From Eledone cirrhosa (lineage: Eukaryota), in the NCBI GenBank assembly GCA_964016885.1, contig OZ024744.1, positions 27,590,001 to 27,654,000 of the forward strand: a stretch of 64,000 nucleotides of DNA. Direction: 5' to 3'. Below, piece by piece: positions 11,001 to 22,904 of the stretch (the stretch's first letter is position 1; every line of letters begins with the position of its first letter). The position numbers and the translations under genes were made by a program. The notes beneath the pieces were generated by a model. That model saw nothing but the letters and a program-made list of their open reading frames with translations. It was not told the origin of the DNA and did no database searches.

Positions 11001-14000
11001 GGTGTGGTGTATGGTAGTGTTGGTGTGGTGTATGGTAGTGTTGGTGTGTTGTATGGTAGTGTTGGTATGTTGTATGGTAGTGTTGGTGTGCTGTATGGTA
11101 GTGTTGGTGTGGTGTTTGGTAGTGTTGGTGTGATGTATGGTAATGTTGGTATGGTGGTATATGGTAGTATTGGTGTGGTGTATGTAGTGTTGGTGTGGTG
11201 GTGTATGGTAGTGTTGGTGTGGTGGTGTATGGTAGTGTTGGTGTGGTGGTGTATGGTAGTGTTGGTGTGGTGTATGGTAGCGTTGGTGTGGTGTATGGTA
11301 GTGTTGGTGTGGTGTATGGTAGTGTTGGTGTGGTGGTATATGGTAGTGTTTGTGTGGTGTATGGTAGTGTTGGTGTGGTGTATGGTAGTGTTAGTGTGGT
11401 GTATGGTAGTGTGGTGTGGTGTATGGTAGTGTTGGTGTGGTGTATGATAGTGTTGGTGTGGTGTATGATAGTGTTGGTGTGGTGTATGGTAGTGCTGGTG
11501 TGGTGTATGGTAGTGTTGGTGTGGTGTTTGGTAGTGTTGGTGTGGTGTATAGTAGTGTTGCTGTGGTGTATGGTAGTGTTGGTGTGGTGTATGGTAGTGT
11601 TGGTGTGGTGTTTGGTAGTATTGGTGTGGTGTATGGTAGTGTTGGTGTGGTGTATGATAGTGTTGGTGTGGTGTATGATAGTGTCGGTGTGGTGTATGGT
11701 AGTGTTGGTCTGGTGTATGGTAGTGTTGGTGTGGTGTATGGTAGTGTTGGTGTGGTGTTTGGTAGTATTGGTGTGGTGTATGGTAGTGTTGGTGTGGTGT
11801 ATGATAGTGTTGGTGTGGTGTATGATAGTGTTGGTGTGGTGTATGGTAGTGTTGGTGTGGTGTATGGTAGTGTTGGTGTGGTGTATGGTAGTGTTGGTGT
11901 GGTGTTTGGTAGTATTGGTGTGGTGTATGGTAGTGTTGCTGTGGTGTATGGTAGTGTTGGTGTGGTGTATGGTAGTGTTGGTGTGGTGTTTGGTAGTATT
12001 GGTGTGGTGTATGGTAGTGTTGGTGTGGTGTATGGTAGTGTTGGTGTGGTGTATGGTAGTGTTGGTGTGGTATATGGTAATGTTGGTGTGGTGTATGGTA
12101 GTGTTGGTGTGGTGTATGGTAGTCTTGCTGTGGTGTATGGTAGTCTTGCTGTGGTGTATGATAGTGTTGGTGTGGTGTATGGTAGTGTTGGTGTGGTGTA
12201 TGGTAGTGTTGGTGTGATGTATGGTAGTGTTGTTATGGTGTATGGTAGTGTATAGTAGTGTTGGTATGTTGTATGGTAGTGTTTGTGTGGTGTATGATAG
12301 TGTTTGTGTGGTGTATGGTAGTGTTGGTGTGGTTGTGTATGATAGTGTTGGTGTGGTGGTGTATTGTAATGTTGGTGTAGTCTATGGTAGTGTTGGTGTG
12401 GTGTATGGTACTGTTGGTTTTGTGTATGGTAGTGTTAGTGGTGTGGTGGTGTATGGTAGTGTTGGTGTGGTGTATGGTAGTGTTGGTGTGGTGTATGGTA
12501 GTGTTGGTGTGGTGTATGGTAGTGTTGGTGTGGTGTATGCTAGTGTTGGTGTGGTGTATGGTAGTGTGGTGTGGTGTATGGTAGTGTTGGTATGGTGTAT
12601 GGTAGTGTTGGTGTGGTATATGGTAGTGTTGGTGTGGTGTATGCTAGTGTTGGTGTGGTGTATGGTAGTGTGGTGTGGTGTATGGTAGTGTTGGTATGGT
12701 GTATGGTAGTGGTGGCGTGGTGTATGGTAGTGTTGGTGTGGTGTATGGTAGTGTTGGTGTGGTGTATGGTAGTGTTGGTGTGGTGGTGTATGGTAGTGTT
12801 GGTATGTTGTATGGTAGTGTTGGTGTGGTGTATGGTAGTCTTGGTGTGGTTGTGTATGGTAGTGTTAGTGGTGTGGTGGTGTATGGTAGTGTTGGTGTAG
12901 TGTATGGTAGTGGTGTTGTGGTGTATGGTAGTGTTGGTGTGGTGTATGGTAGTGTTGGTGTGGTGTATGGTAGTGTTGGTGTGTTGTATGGTAGTGTTGG
13001 TATGTTGTATCGTAGTGTTGGTGTGCTGTATGGTAGTGTGGTGTGGGGTAGGTAGTGTTGGTATGGTGTATGGTAGTGTTGGTGTGGTATATGGTAGTGT
13101 TGGTGTGGTGGTGTATGGTAGTGTTGGTGTGGTTGTGTATGGTAGTGTTAGTGGTGTGGTGGTGTATGGTAGTGTTGGTGTAGTGTATGGTAGTGGTGTT
13201 GTGGTGTATGGTAGTGTTGGTGTGGTGTATGGTAGTGTTGGTGTGGTGTATGGTAGTGTTAGTGTGTTGTATGGTAGTGCTGGTATGTTGTATGGTAGTG
13301 TGGTGTGGTGTATGGTAGTGTTGGTATGGTGTATGGTATTGTTGGTGTGGTATATGGTAGTGTTGGTGTGGTGGTGTATGGTAGTGTTGGTGTGGTGGTG
13401 TATGGTAGTGTGGTGTGGTGTATGGTAGTGTTGGTGTGGTGTATGGTAGTGTTGGTGTGGTGTATGGTAGTGTTGGTGTGGTGGTGTATGGTAGTGTTGG
13501 TATGTTGTATGGTAGTGTTGGTGTGGTGTATGGTAGTCTTGGTGTGGTTGTGTATGGTAGTGTTAGTGGTGTGGTGGTGTATGGTAGTGTTGGTGTAGTG
13601 TATGGTAGTGGTGTTGTGGTGTATGGTAGTGTTGGTGTGCTGTATGGTAGTGTTGGTGTGGTGTATGGTAGTGTTGGTGTGGTGTATGGTAGTCTTGGTG
13701 TGGTTGTGTATGATAGTGTTGGTGTGGTGGTGTATGGTAGTTTTTGTGTGGTTGTGTAAGGTAGTGTTGGTGTGGTGGTGTATTGTAATGTTGGTGTAGT
13801 GTATGGTATTGTTGGTGTGGTGTATGGTAGTGTTGGTGTGGTGTATGGTAGTGTTGGTGTGCTGTATGGTAGTGTTGGTGTGGTGTTTGGTAGTATTGGT
13901 GTGGTGTATGGTAGTCTTGGTGTGGTTGTGTATGATAGTGTTGGTGTGGTGGTGTATGGTAGTTTTTGTGTGGTTGTGTAAGGTAGTGTTGGTGTGGTGG

Positions 14001-14610
14001 TGTATTGTAATGTTGGTGTAGTGTATGGTAGTGTTGGTGTGGTGTATGGTAATGTTGGTGTAGTGTATGGTAGTGTTGGTGTGTTGTATGGTAGTGTTGG
14101 TATGTTGTATGGTAGTGTTGGTGTGCTGTATGGTAGTGTTGGTGTGGTGTTTGGTAGTGTTGGTGTGGTGTATGGTAGTCTTGGTGTGGTTGTGTATGAT
14201 AGTGTTGGTGTGGTGGTGTATGGTAGTTTTTGTGTGGTTGTGTAAGGTAGTGTTGGTGTGGTGGTGTATTGTAATGTTGGTGTAGTGTATGATAGTGTTG
14301 GTGTGGTGTATGGTACTGTTGGTGTTGTGTATGGTAGTGTTAGTGGTGTGGTGGTGTACAGTAGTGTTGGTGTAGTGTATGGTAGTGGTGGTATGGTGTA
14401 TGGTAGTGTTGGTGTGGTGTATGGTAGTGTTGGTGTGGTGTATGGTAGTGTTGGTGTGGTATATGGTAGTGTTGGTGTGGTATATGCTAGTGTTGGTGTA
14501 GTGTATGGTAGTGTTGGTGTGGTATATGGTAGTGTTGGTGTAGTGTATGGTAGTGTTGGTGTGGTGTATGGTAGTGTTGGTGTGGTGTATGGTAATGTTG
14601 GTGAGGTGTG
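8049..14610 (-). repeat. 21-bp minisatellite, G/T-rich on + strand (TATGGTAGTGTTGGTGTGGTG)n, with higher-order blocks
   Basis: Roughly 300 units; a block duplication with offset 3043 bp (ORF pairs 9341/12384, 9528/12571, 9632/12675). Confidence 0.95.
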
Positions 14611-14971
14611 TATTTTCGAAAAGTGCAATACGTGCTACTAGTCATTCGCAGATTTGGATTTGCTGTGTAAACAAACACAGCTAGTTAAGTCTTCTCCCTT
14701 GTTGAAAATCCGATTGCCTAATGTGGTTTACCGAACGATTTATGGTGAAATATATTTCTTTAATGAAATTTATACAAGGAAGATTATTCCATTGATAAGG
14801 TATCGATTTTTAAAGTTCTTGTTAAACTTTAATTAGTTACCTACATAGCTATGTGTGCTTACAAACTTTTACAAATTATTCCCTGTGATTGTTTTATATG
14901 TTTATTTTATATATATATATATATATGCCAATCAATTTCTAGTTGATATATATATTTGATATATATATATT

Positions 14972-15041
<70 letters not shown>

Positions 15042-15297
15042 CGGCTGCAACTCGACCACGAGTAATGCTACCGCTTGATACTTTTAAGCATGAGCATCAT
15101 AGACGTGGCTTTTTAATCCAGCTAGGGACCACCTAAAGCCTGCAATACAATGCATCGCAAAACATGTCACAAATCAAGCAATACCTGTGCTTAAAGCTTT
15201 TTTAAGTGAGGAACGACATTGCACGGGACCAATCCCACTCTCAGAACATAAAATGCATTTTCCCTAAAAGAAGAACTGGTCTACCTTATTGGATATT

Positions 15298-15488
15298 GGC
15301 AGTATCGGTAGAGGGTCGGACGCCATGCTTTGACGCATGGAGTTACGGCCCTTGCCATTCTGAGTTCAAATCCCGGGTCTTACAGGGTCAATAAAATAAA
15401 GTACCAGGTCTTACAGGGTCAATAAAATAAAGTACCAGTAATGCACTGGGTAATTGCTGGCCTTGTGCCAATAGTAGAAACAATTATT
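15298..15488 (+). mobile_element. tRNA-derived SINE copy (cephalopod-like), internally deleted, with a 31-bp tandem duplication
   Basis: A-box-like GGCAGTATCGGTAG and B-box-like GAGTTCAAATCCC (15362-15374); core GGTCAATAAAATAAAGTACCAG; tail GCCTTGTGCCAATAGTAGAAACAATTATT; 15376-15438 duplicated; homologous to copies at 16250-16520 and 17123-17255. Confidence 0.7.
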
Positions 15489-16249
15489 GGATGTAAACGA
15501 AGTCACTGGTTTTATATCAGAGTGACCTTCTCCTAGAGAGATGTCTTAATGAAGACTTGGAGTCTCTCACCCCACAAAACATTTATTGGAAGGCCGTTGA
15601 CTCTCCTGAGTTCCTCCGCCTTTTGACGAGTGTTGTTTTTCATCCCGCTGGGCGTCCAAAATCCCCCTCTTCACCTAGCAAGCTTGGTGGGGTTGCCAGT
15701 TTAGTCGACGATAACCCGACCTTGCACAGATTGTACTGGGTTACATGTTACCAGTAGCACTGAAGAGCGACTTGACACACGCACACATACATACACACAC
15801 ACACATATATATATGGGTGGAGGCCATATATCTAGATGATAGAAGACATATGATATTGATATGTTCGTGGTTTTCCCGAAGGCATTGGCTGCAAATGAAC
15901 TGAATTTTGGTTGTTACCGGAAAATGAAACTGTTACGCATTTTCGGATTTGCCTGAAGATTAGTATTAGCTACACGCCCCTGAAATGTACAATATGGTGT
16001 AATGTATATCTTCTTATTCTTCTTCTTCTTCTTCTTCTTCTTCTTCGTTACGGCAACACCCTTTTCTAGTCAACCATATCCTTTATGAGACGAGGTACGA
16101 CTATATCTTAACGAGAGAGAATATATAAATAATTCGCTATTGTAGTAAAACTTGAATAATGCCTCAAATGAAATCCGAACTCACGATTATTTTATAAGAT
16201 TATATTTTTAACTTGGTTTCTGTTCTTCACCTCAAAAATACATTTCGTA

Positions 16250-16555
16250 AATAATAATGGTTTCTTATATAAGCACAAGTCCAGCAATTTTGGGGAGGGT
16301 AAAGTCAATTAAATCGACCTCAGTGTGTGACTGGTACTTTATTTTATCGACTCCGTAAGGATGAAGGGCAAAGTTAACCTTAGCTCTTCATCTCTACGGG
16401 GTCGATAAAATAAAGTACCAGTAATATACTGGGTAATTGCTGGCTTTGTGCCAAAAGTAGAAACAATCATAATTATGCAGTATCGGTAGAGCGTCGGACA
16501 CCCTGCTTCGCGGCGTGCATAATTATAATAATAATGGTTTCTACTGTTGGCACAG
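16250..16555. mobile_element. Cluster of SINE fragments in both orientations
   Basis: Minus copy 16250-16383 (CTGGTACTTTATTTTATCGAC); plus copy 16386-16475 (GGGGTCGATAAAATAAAGTACCAG...TTGTGCCAAAAGTAGAAAC); head fragment GCAGTATCGGTAGAGCGTCGGAC 16477-16520; minus-strand tail fragment 16521-16555. Confidence 0.7.
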
Positions 16556-16569
16556 CTTCTAAGAGTGAA

Positions 16570-16815
16570 GACTTCTGGTGTCCTTCCTACTCATCACCAT
16601 CGGCACAGAGCTGGCTACCTGTAGCAGTGGAGACTTCTGCTGTCCTAGGCCCTACGAACACCCCCTACTCACCACCATCGGCGCATAGCTGGTGACCCCA
16701 GGTGCGAACCTCACGAGCTGGAATGTTTCTTCCGCCTGGACAGTGAGGCGGCCAGCGCGTGGGACCTCATTTGCTTATAATAGAGAGCGGGTGAGACGGA
16801 GGCGATAACAGTGGA
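16570..16815 (-). repeat. Unclassified dispersed repeat, inverted homolog of 19522-19748
   Basis: Shared blocks GTCCCACGCGCTGGCC, CATTCCAGCTCG, GATGGTGGTG and CAGAAGTCTCCACTG in opposite orientation. Confidence 0.8.
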
Positions 16816-17122
16816 AATGTATTTCCTCTTTGTTCAGACATGGTGTACATATGTGTGTGTCTAATTTTCCAGTTATTTTCGGCTTTTACAAATATTATTT
16901 TAGATATTACTGTTAGAAGAGGATGGAATATAACGAATATAGGTTGTAAGGACTGCTGTGTCCTGTAGTTTAGACATTTAACAAAATAGTTCAACCTATT
17001 CCCAGTAAATAATGAAGTAATCGCTAGCACTGTATGTTAACGACTATAACTTTAATTAATCGAAATTATATCAAGGTATCAAAGTGGAGTAAATATTGTT
17101 GAATAATTCATTGTTGCTCCAT

Positions 17123-17255
17123 TAATAATTATTTCGAATTTAGGCAGAAGACCAGGAGATCTAGTGGCAGGGCAATGTTTCTTAAATCAACCGTAGGCTG
17201 GTACTAGGCTGGTATTTATTTAATCGACACTGGAAGGAAGGAAGCCCAAGTTGAA
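17123..17255 (-). mobile_element. Degenerate SINE fragment
   Basis: CTGGTATTTATTTAATCGAC core and TAATAATT tail match the other SINE copies. Confidence 0.55.
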
Positions 17256-17820
17256 ATTATCTCTATATATATATATCCCGCCACGCTTTTAGATCAATTC
17301 CCCCCCCCCTCTCTCTCTCACTATCGATTGGCTTGTTTGTCGGTCTCGGCTGCACGTGCGCCGTACACCCTTTTGGTTAACTCCCTTTCCTTCCCCCCCT
17401 CTCTCCCTCTTACACCCCCTCTGTCCTCTACCCCCTCTCACTTCCGGTTTCTCCGTCTTTCTCTCTATCTCTCTGCGTTAACTTTACTAAGAATAGTTAT
17501 GGCCCCCAGGCTTAAACCCAACGACTTTTTTTAACTTGATCTATTTTCTCTTCGGTTACTCACTTACTTGCGCCATTGTCCTGTGTTCCCCTTTCTATTG
17601 GTCTTTTTACTTCTTTTTTTCCATTTCTTTCTTCGCCCTTATTTTTTTATCTTTCTGTCTCTTCACTATTCTTTCCCTCGTGGCTTTTTGATAGATAAAA
17701 GTGTATGGGCTCGCTATGGATAGGTTTTCTGTTTATAATGCGCCGAAACATCCGTGATCCGTAGTAACCAGCTGATGAAAGGAAACTTCCATCTCTTGTT
17801 TGAGTCGCCTTACCTTCTAA

Positions 17821-17898
<78 letters not shown>

Positions 17899-17905
<7 letters not shown>

Positions 17906-18624
17906 CTGGTCTTTCTTTGGTCCATGGAGCGCTTGCCAGCATAACTCGGATATTGCATTTCGCTTTGTTTTCGACCACAGCCGAAATTCGATCTCGCTGA
18001 AATTATATTTGTATTAATCTCCCGGGTCTAGCAATTAACCAGTTAATTTTATTAGATAATTCTATTGGCTTATTAATTGCTTAAGTTTATTTTAAAAACT
18101 ACCCAGTCGAGAGCTTAATTCAATTTGTGCAGTTTTTGCAATTATTGCATTAATTTTACACTTACTGAATTCAACAGCCAAAATCTGGGGTTTTCTCCCT
18201 TGCAGAGTTACACACGTGGTTTTCTTTACTACTACATACTACTGCTTAATCCTGCATGCTGGCGTAGAACAAAATATCTGTGGACGAAGTGACAGCCTTA
18301 TTCGATCATTATACCAAAAGCTTATTATTTTAAGCAGGCAGTATAATTGATTTAGGTGTCGCAGAAACCCTGTACTGGATTATACCATCTTTTCCAGGGT
18401 CCGGGTAAATATTCAATTATTTGTTTGACCTGTTTGGCTTGCCTCGTCATTTTGGCTTAGGTGGTTGATGGCTTCTTGACCGCCATCTCAGTTTGTTTGT
18501 AGTTTATAACCTATGTTTATTGCTCTGGTCTTTATTTGGTCCATGGAGCGCTTGCCAGCATAACTCGGATATTGCGTTTCGCTTTGTTTTCCACCCCAGC
18601 CGAAATTCGATCTCGCTGAAATTA

Positions 18625-18630
<6 letters not shown>
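17899..18630. repeat. ~730-bp unit between (TA)n tracts with ~115-bp terminal direct repeats (17899-18012 / 18519-18632)
   Basis: TGGTCCATGGAGCGCTTGCCAGCATAACTCGGATATTG...GAAATTCGATCTCGCTGAAATTATATTT occurs twice, about 620 bp apart. Confidence 0.8.
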
Positions 18631-18673
<43 letters not shown>

Positions 18674-18880
18674 TTATAGAAATGGCTTCTACATGACTTG
18701 GAAATCATCAGGAAATGCTTTTCCTCATATGATTTTCTTCGGATGAAACAGTTCTATACCTGTAGAATCCTCCATTTCTATATTAACTTTTGTGTATACT
18801 CTACTAATATACTGAGTACCTTACTTACTGTGATTGTCCCCGATTGAACTCAGGACTCACACACGCACACACACAATATA

Positions 18881-19007
<127 letters not shown>

Positions 19008-19147
19008 TTATATGTAAAGGGTATAGAAGGAACTTCTCCAACAGAAGTTTGCAAGGTGGTTAGTTGGATAGTAAGTAGGAAGAAAATCATTAATGAGAAC
19101 AAGTGGTAATGGTTATCGAGAGAGACCGAGAGGGGCGGACAGACAGA

Positions 19148-19213
<66 letters not shown>
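19148..19213. repeat. (TG)n microsatellite
   Basis: Directly visible; other (TG)n tracts at about 22465-22568 and 22846-22902. Confidence 0.98.
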
Positions 19214-19214
<1 letters not shown>

Positions 19215-19404
19215 GATCCCCAGGGATACTTTATAAGTCATGATAGACGCTTTGATATGGTACATTTGATGGATACAAAAACGGGACCATTTTTTGAAAG
19301 ACAGAGAGGGAGGAAGAGGGAGAAGAGAAAGAGAAGGTGGATGGCATATGATATCAATTTATTATAGAGGAAGTGCTAAACGTGACCGTGTACGATTGCG
19401 TTTG

Positions 19405-19450
<46 letters not shown>

Positions 19451-19521
19451 TTCGATGTCGAAAATAAGTGTAAAATTACACACACATGTACACCAGGTCC
19501 GAACACAGAAAAACCAAACTC

Positions 19522-19748
19522 CCACTGTCATCACCTCCGTTCCTCCCACCCTCCCAATCTCTCACTATTATGAGCAAATGCAGTCCCACGCGCTGGCCAC
19601 CCCGCGGCCCTGGTGGATGGTGAGAGAGATCCGCTGGAAGAATCATTCCAGCTCGCAAGGCTCACACCTGCAGCTAGCCATCTCTGCGCTGATGGTGGTG
19701 TGTAGGGAGATGGTCCTCGGGCCAAGGACACCAGAAGTCTCCACTGAT
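19522..19748 (+). repeat. Unclassified dispersed repeat (second copy), flanked by (TA)n
   Basis: Reverse-complement homolog of 16570-16815. Confidence 0.8.
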
Positions 19749-19758
19749 TCAGTTAAAG

Positions 19759-19882
<124 letters not shown>

Positions 19883-20550
19883 ATATATGATATATGTATA
19901 TATAAGAAAAACAAATTGAAAATGCAACTGGAGTCTTCTAAGAATATTCATTACTTTACCGGTTTCACATATAATTTTTAAAAGTAAAATTGAGAAGGGG
20001 GTTTTGTGTTTTTGTTGTGGACAAACCACAACATTTAAACGCATAAAAAAAAATTGCTTTCTTATATATATATATATATATATATATATGCTTTACATCT
20101 GTTAAGAAAATGTCGGCAGATTTTGAATCAACCAACTTTTTGCAATTGAATAAATATATATATATGTATAATATATTTGTGTGCATATATATATATAGAA
20201 AAAAAGATGAAATCGAAAATGCAACTCGAGTCTTATTTTAAAAAAAATATATTTATTTCCTTTACCGGTTTTGCAGTTCTTCTGCTTTTCAAAAGTAGAG
20301 TTGAGATGGAGGGTCTGTGGTTTTCCACACATCTAGTTGGTCTTTCAATGTTACTTGTTTTAGATGGAAAAAAGTGGCTTGAAACGCCAGGTTTTTAGAG
20401 AAGTAATTTGATTGGTTGGTCAATAAGTATAATAAATTTCGCGCCAGTTCGCGTTACAAAGTTCTTCAAACCTCACTTTCTAATATATATATATATATAC
20501 TCTTTTACCCTTTTACCTGTTTCAGCCGTCCGGCTGAGGCCATGCTGGGG

Positions 20551-20886
<336 letters not shown>

Positions 20887-20908
20887 CACAACTCGTGTGT
20901 TACACCTC

Positions 20909-20990
<82 letters not shown>

Positions 20991-21257
20991 GAGGAGGTTA
21001 TAGTTCACTTGAATATATATATATATATATATATATATGTGCATGTATGTATATATATATACATACTACTGTACGTCTGTATACAATATGTATGTACGTA
21101 TACATACTTATATTTAAGTAACAGCCGTACTAAGAGTGGGAAATTTCATTTCATTTCATTTTTTCCGTTTATCGTTTTCGGTGCACCCGGCCGATTAACC
21201 CACTCGATATGCAAATTGGGCTACTCAGCCGTTAATATGCATAAGGTTAGTATATAC

Positions 21258-21344
21258 GTTCAACAATCTGGCAGGAAGGTATACGTTGCTGACGATAGCT
21301 AATAAGCTTGAAACTAGTACAGCGTTCCTTTGTCAGTGTTGAAC
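21258..21344 (+). ncRNA. Type I minimal hammerhead ribozyme, copy 1
   Basis: ACGUUG-CUGACGA-U-AGCU-AAUA-AGCU-U-GAAA-CUA-GUA^-CAGCGU. Conserved CUGANGA, GAAA and NUH boxes; palindromic stem III (ACUAGU); stem I extends via AAGG/CCUU, CUGGCA/UGUCAG and GUUCAACA/UGUUGAAC. Confidence 0.8.
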
Positions 21345-21677
21345 AAACGTGCAATGATGGTTGCTAGACACTACGGCTTAATACGGGATGTTTGTTTAGA
21401 AACACACCACGCATTATAATAAATGTTCGGTGAATCCATACGTACATATATATATGTGTGCATGTATGTATATATATATACATACTACTGTACGGCTGTA
21501 TACATATATGTATGTACGTGTACATACTTATATTTAAGTAACAGCCGTACTAAGAGTGGGAAATGAAATTTCGTTTCATTTTTTCCGTTTATCGTTTTCG
21601 GTGCACCCGGCCGATTAACCCACTCGATATGCAAATTGGGCTACTCAGCCGTTAATATGCATAAGGTTAGTATATAC

Positions 21678-21764
21678 GTTCAACAATCTGGCAGGAAGGT
21701 ATACGTTGCTGACGATAGCTAATAAGCTTGAAACTAGTACAGCATTCCTTTGTCAGTGTTGAAC
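21678..21764 (+). ncRNA. Type I minimal hammerhead ribozyme, copy 2
   Basis: Same as copy 1 at +420 bp, with one stem I mismatch (CAGCAU). Confidence 0.75.
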
Positions 21765-22006
21765 AAACAAGCAATGATGGTTGCTAGACACTACGGCTTA
21801 ATACGGGATGTTTGTTTAGAAACACACCGCGCATTATAATAAATGTTCGGTGAATCCATACGTACATATATATATGTGTGCATGTATGTATATATATATA
21901 CATACTACTGTACGTCTGTATACATATATGTATGTACGTGTACATACTTATATTTAAGTAACAGCCGTACTAAGAGTGGGAAATGAAATTTCGTTTCATT
22001 TTTTCC

Positions 22007-22082
<76 letters not shown>

Positions 22083-22177
22083 ATATATAGTTCAGAAGAA
22101 TAGAAACAAATAGCAGACAAACGCAGGAGTGAATGTTACAAATACTATTAGTTTCACGCTTGGTGATAGTGTGGGTT

Positions 22178-22220
22178 TGGTTGCGACGTTTCGGGCATAA
22201 GCCCTTCATCAGGAGCTGGG
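22178..22220 (-). ncRNA. Minimal hammerhead core (Penelope-type), stem I degenerate
   Basis: Minus strand CUGAUGA-A-GGGC-UUAU-GCCC-GAAAC-GUC; stem II is perfect, but stem I pairs only at the first position. Confidence 0.55.
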
Positions 22221-22461
22221 GGGGGGGACTTCGAGAACGAGTGAGGGGGGAGTTAGCGGGGAATGTAGAGGCAAAAATAATTGAAAAGGGAACATGAAAT
22301 GGAAAGTAAAAGTTATAAAAAAACACAGAATATTGAAAATGAGAGGGGTGTATGAATCCACTGGGGGGGGGGGGCATGGGTGTGGTGGTGCGTGAGAGGT
22401 GGGTGGAGGTAAAGAGAGAGGGGGAAGGAAAATGGGGCCTGAGTGGGGATGGTAGAAGGGG

Positions 22462-22573
<112 letters not shown>

Positions 22574-22843
22574 GTAGATATACGCGTGTGTGTGTGTGTG
22601 TATGCGTGGATGAAAGTGTGAGAGTCTAGGGGAAGAGCGAGTGTAGGTGATTGTGGGTTTTGAGAAACCATTGTGTTTGTTGGAGTGGAGTATATGTCTG
22701 TGTGTGTGTAGTCCCTGTGTGGGTGTAGGTGTATGTGTGCGTGTGTGTGGATGGAAAGGCGTTGGATGGGGTGCGCGGGTTCGTGCGGGATCCGGAGGAG
22801 GTGTGATATGGTGGGATGGAATGTGGGTGTATGTGAAGATGTT

Positions 22844-22904
<61 letters not shown>

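Larger units (their letters stand above)
21030..22011 (+). repeat. 420-bp tandem repeat, about 2.3 copies, flanked by (TA)n; retrozyme / Penelope pLTR-like
   Basis: ACAGCCGTACTAAGAGTGGG recurs at 21121, 21541 and 21961; the copies are nearly identical. Confidence 0.93.

Noticed and set aside
8049-14610. Telomeric repeat array
   Set aside because: G/T-rich, but there is no TTAGGG/TTAGG, it lies internally, and there are almost no GGG runs, so a strong G-quadruplex is also unlikely.
12865-14628. 587-aa ORF of YTTPTLP heptads, superficially like the RNA polymerase II CTD or a mucin/extensin
   Set aside because: It is a direct translation of the 21-bp minisatellite. The frame shifts mid-ORF, there is no unique domain or signal peptide, and all frames are similarly open.
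17740-17795. Hammerhead-like words CGAAAC...CTGATGA
   Set aside because: I could not form stems I, II and III around them in any permutation.
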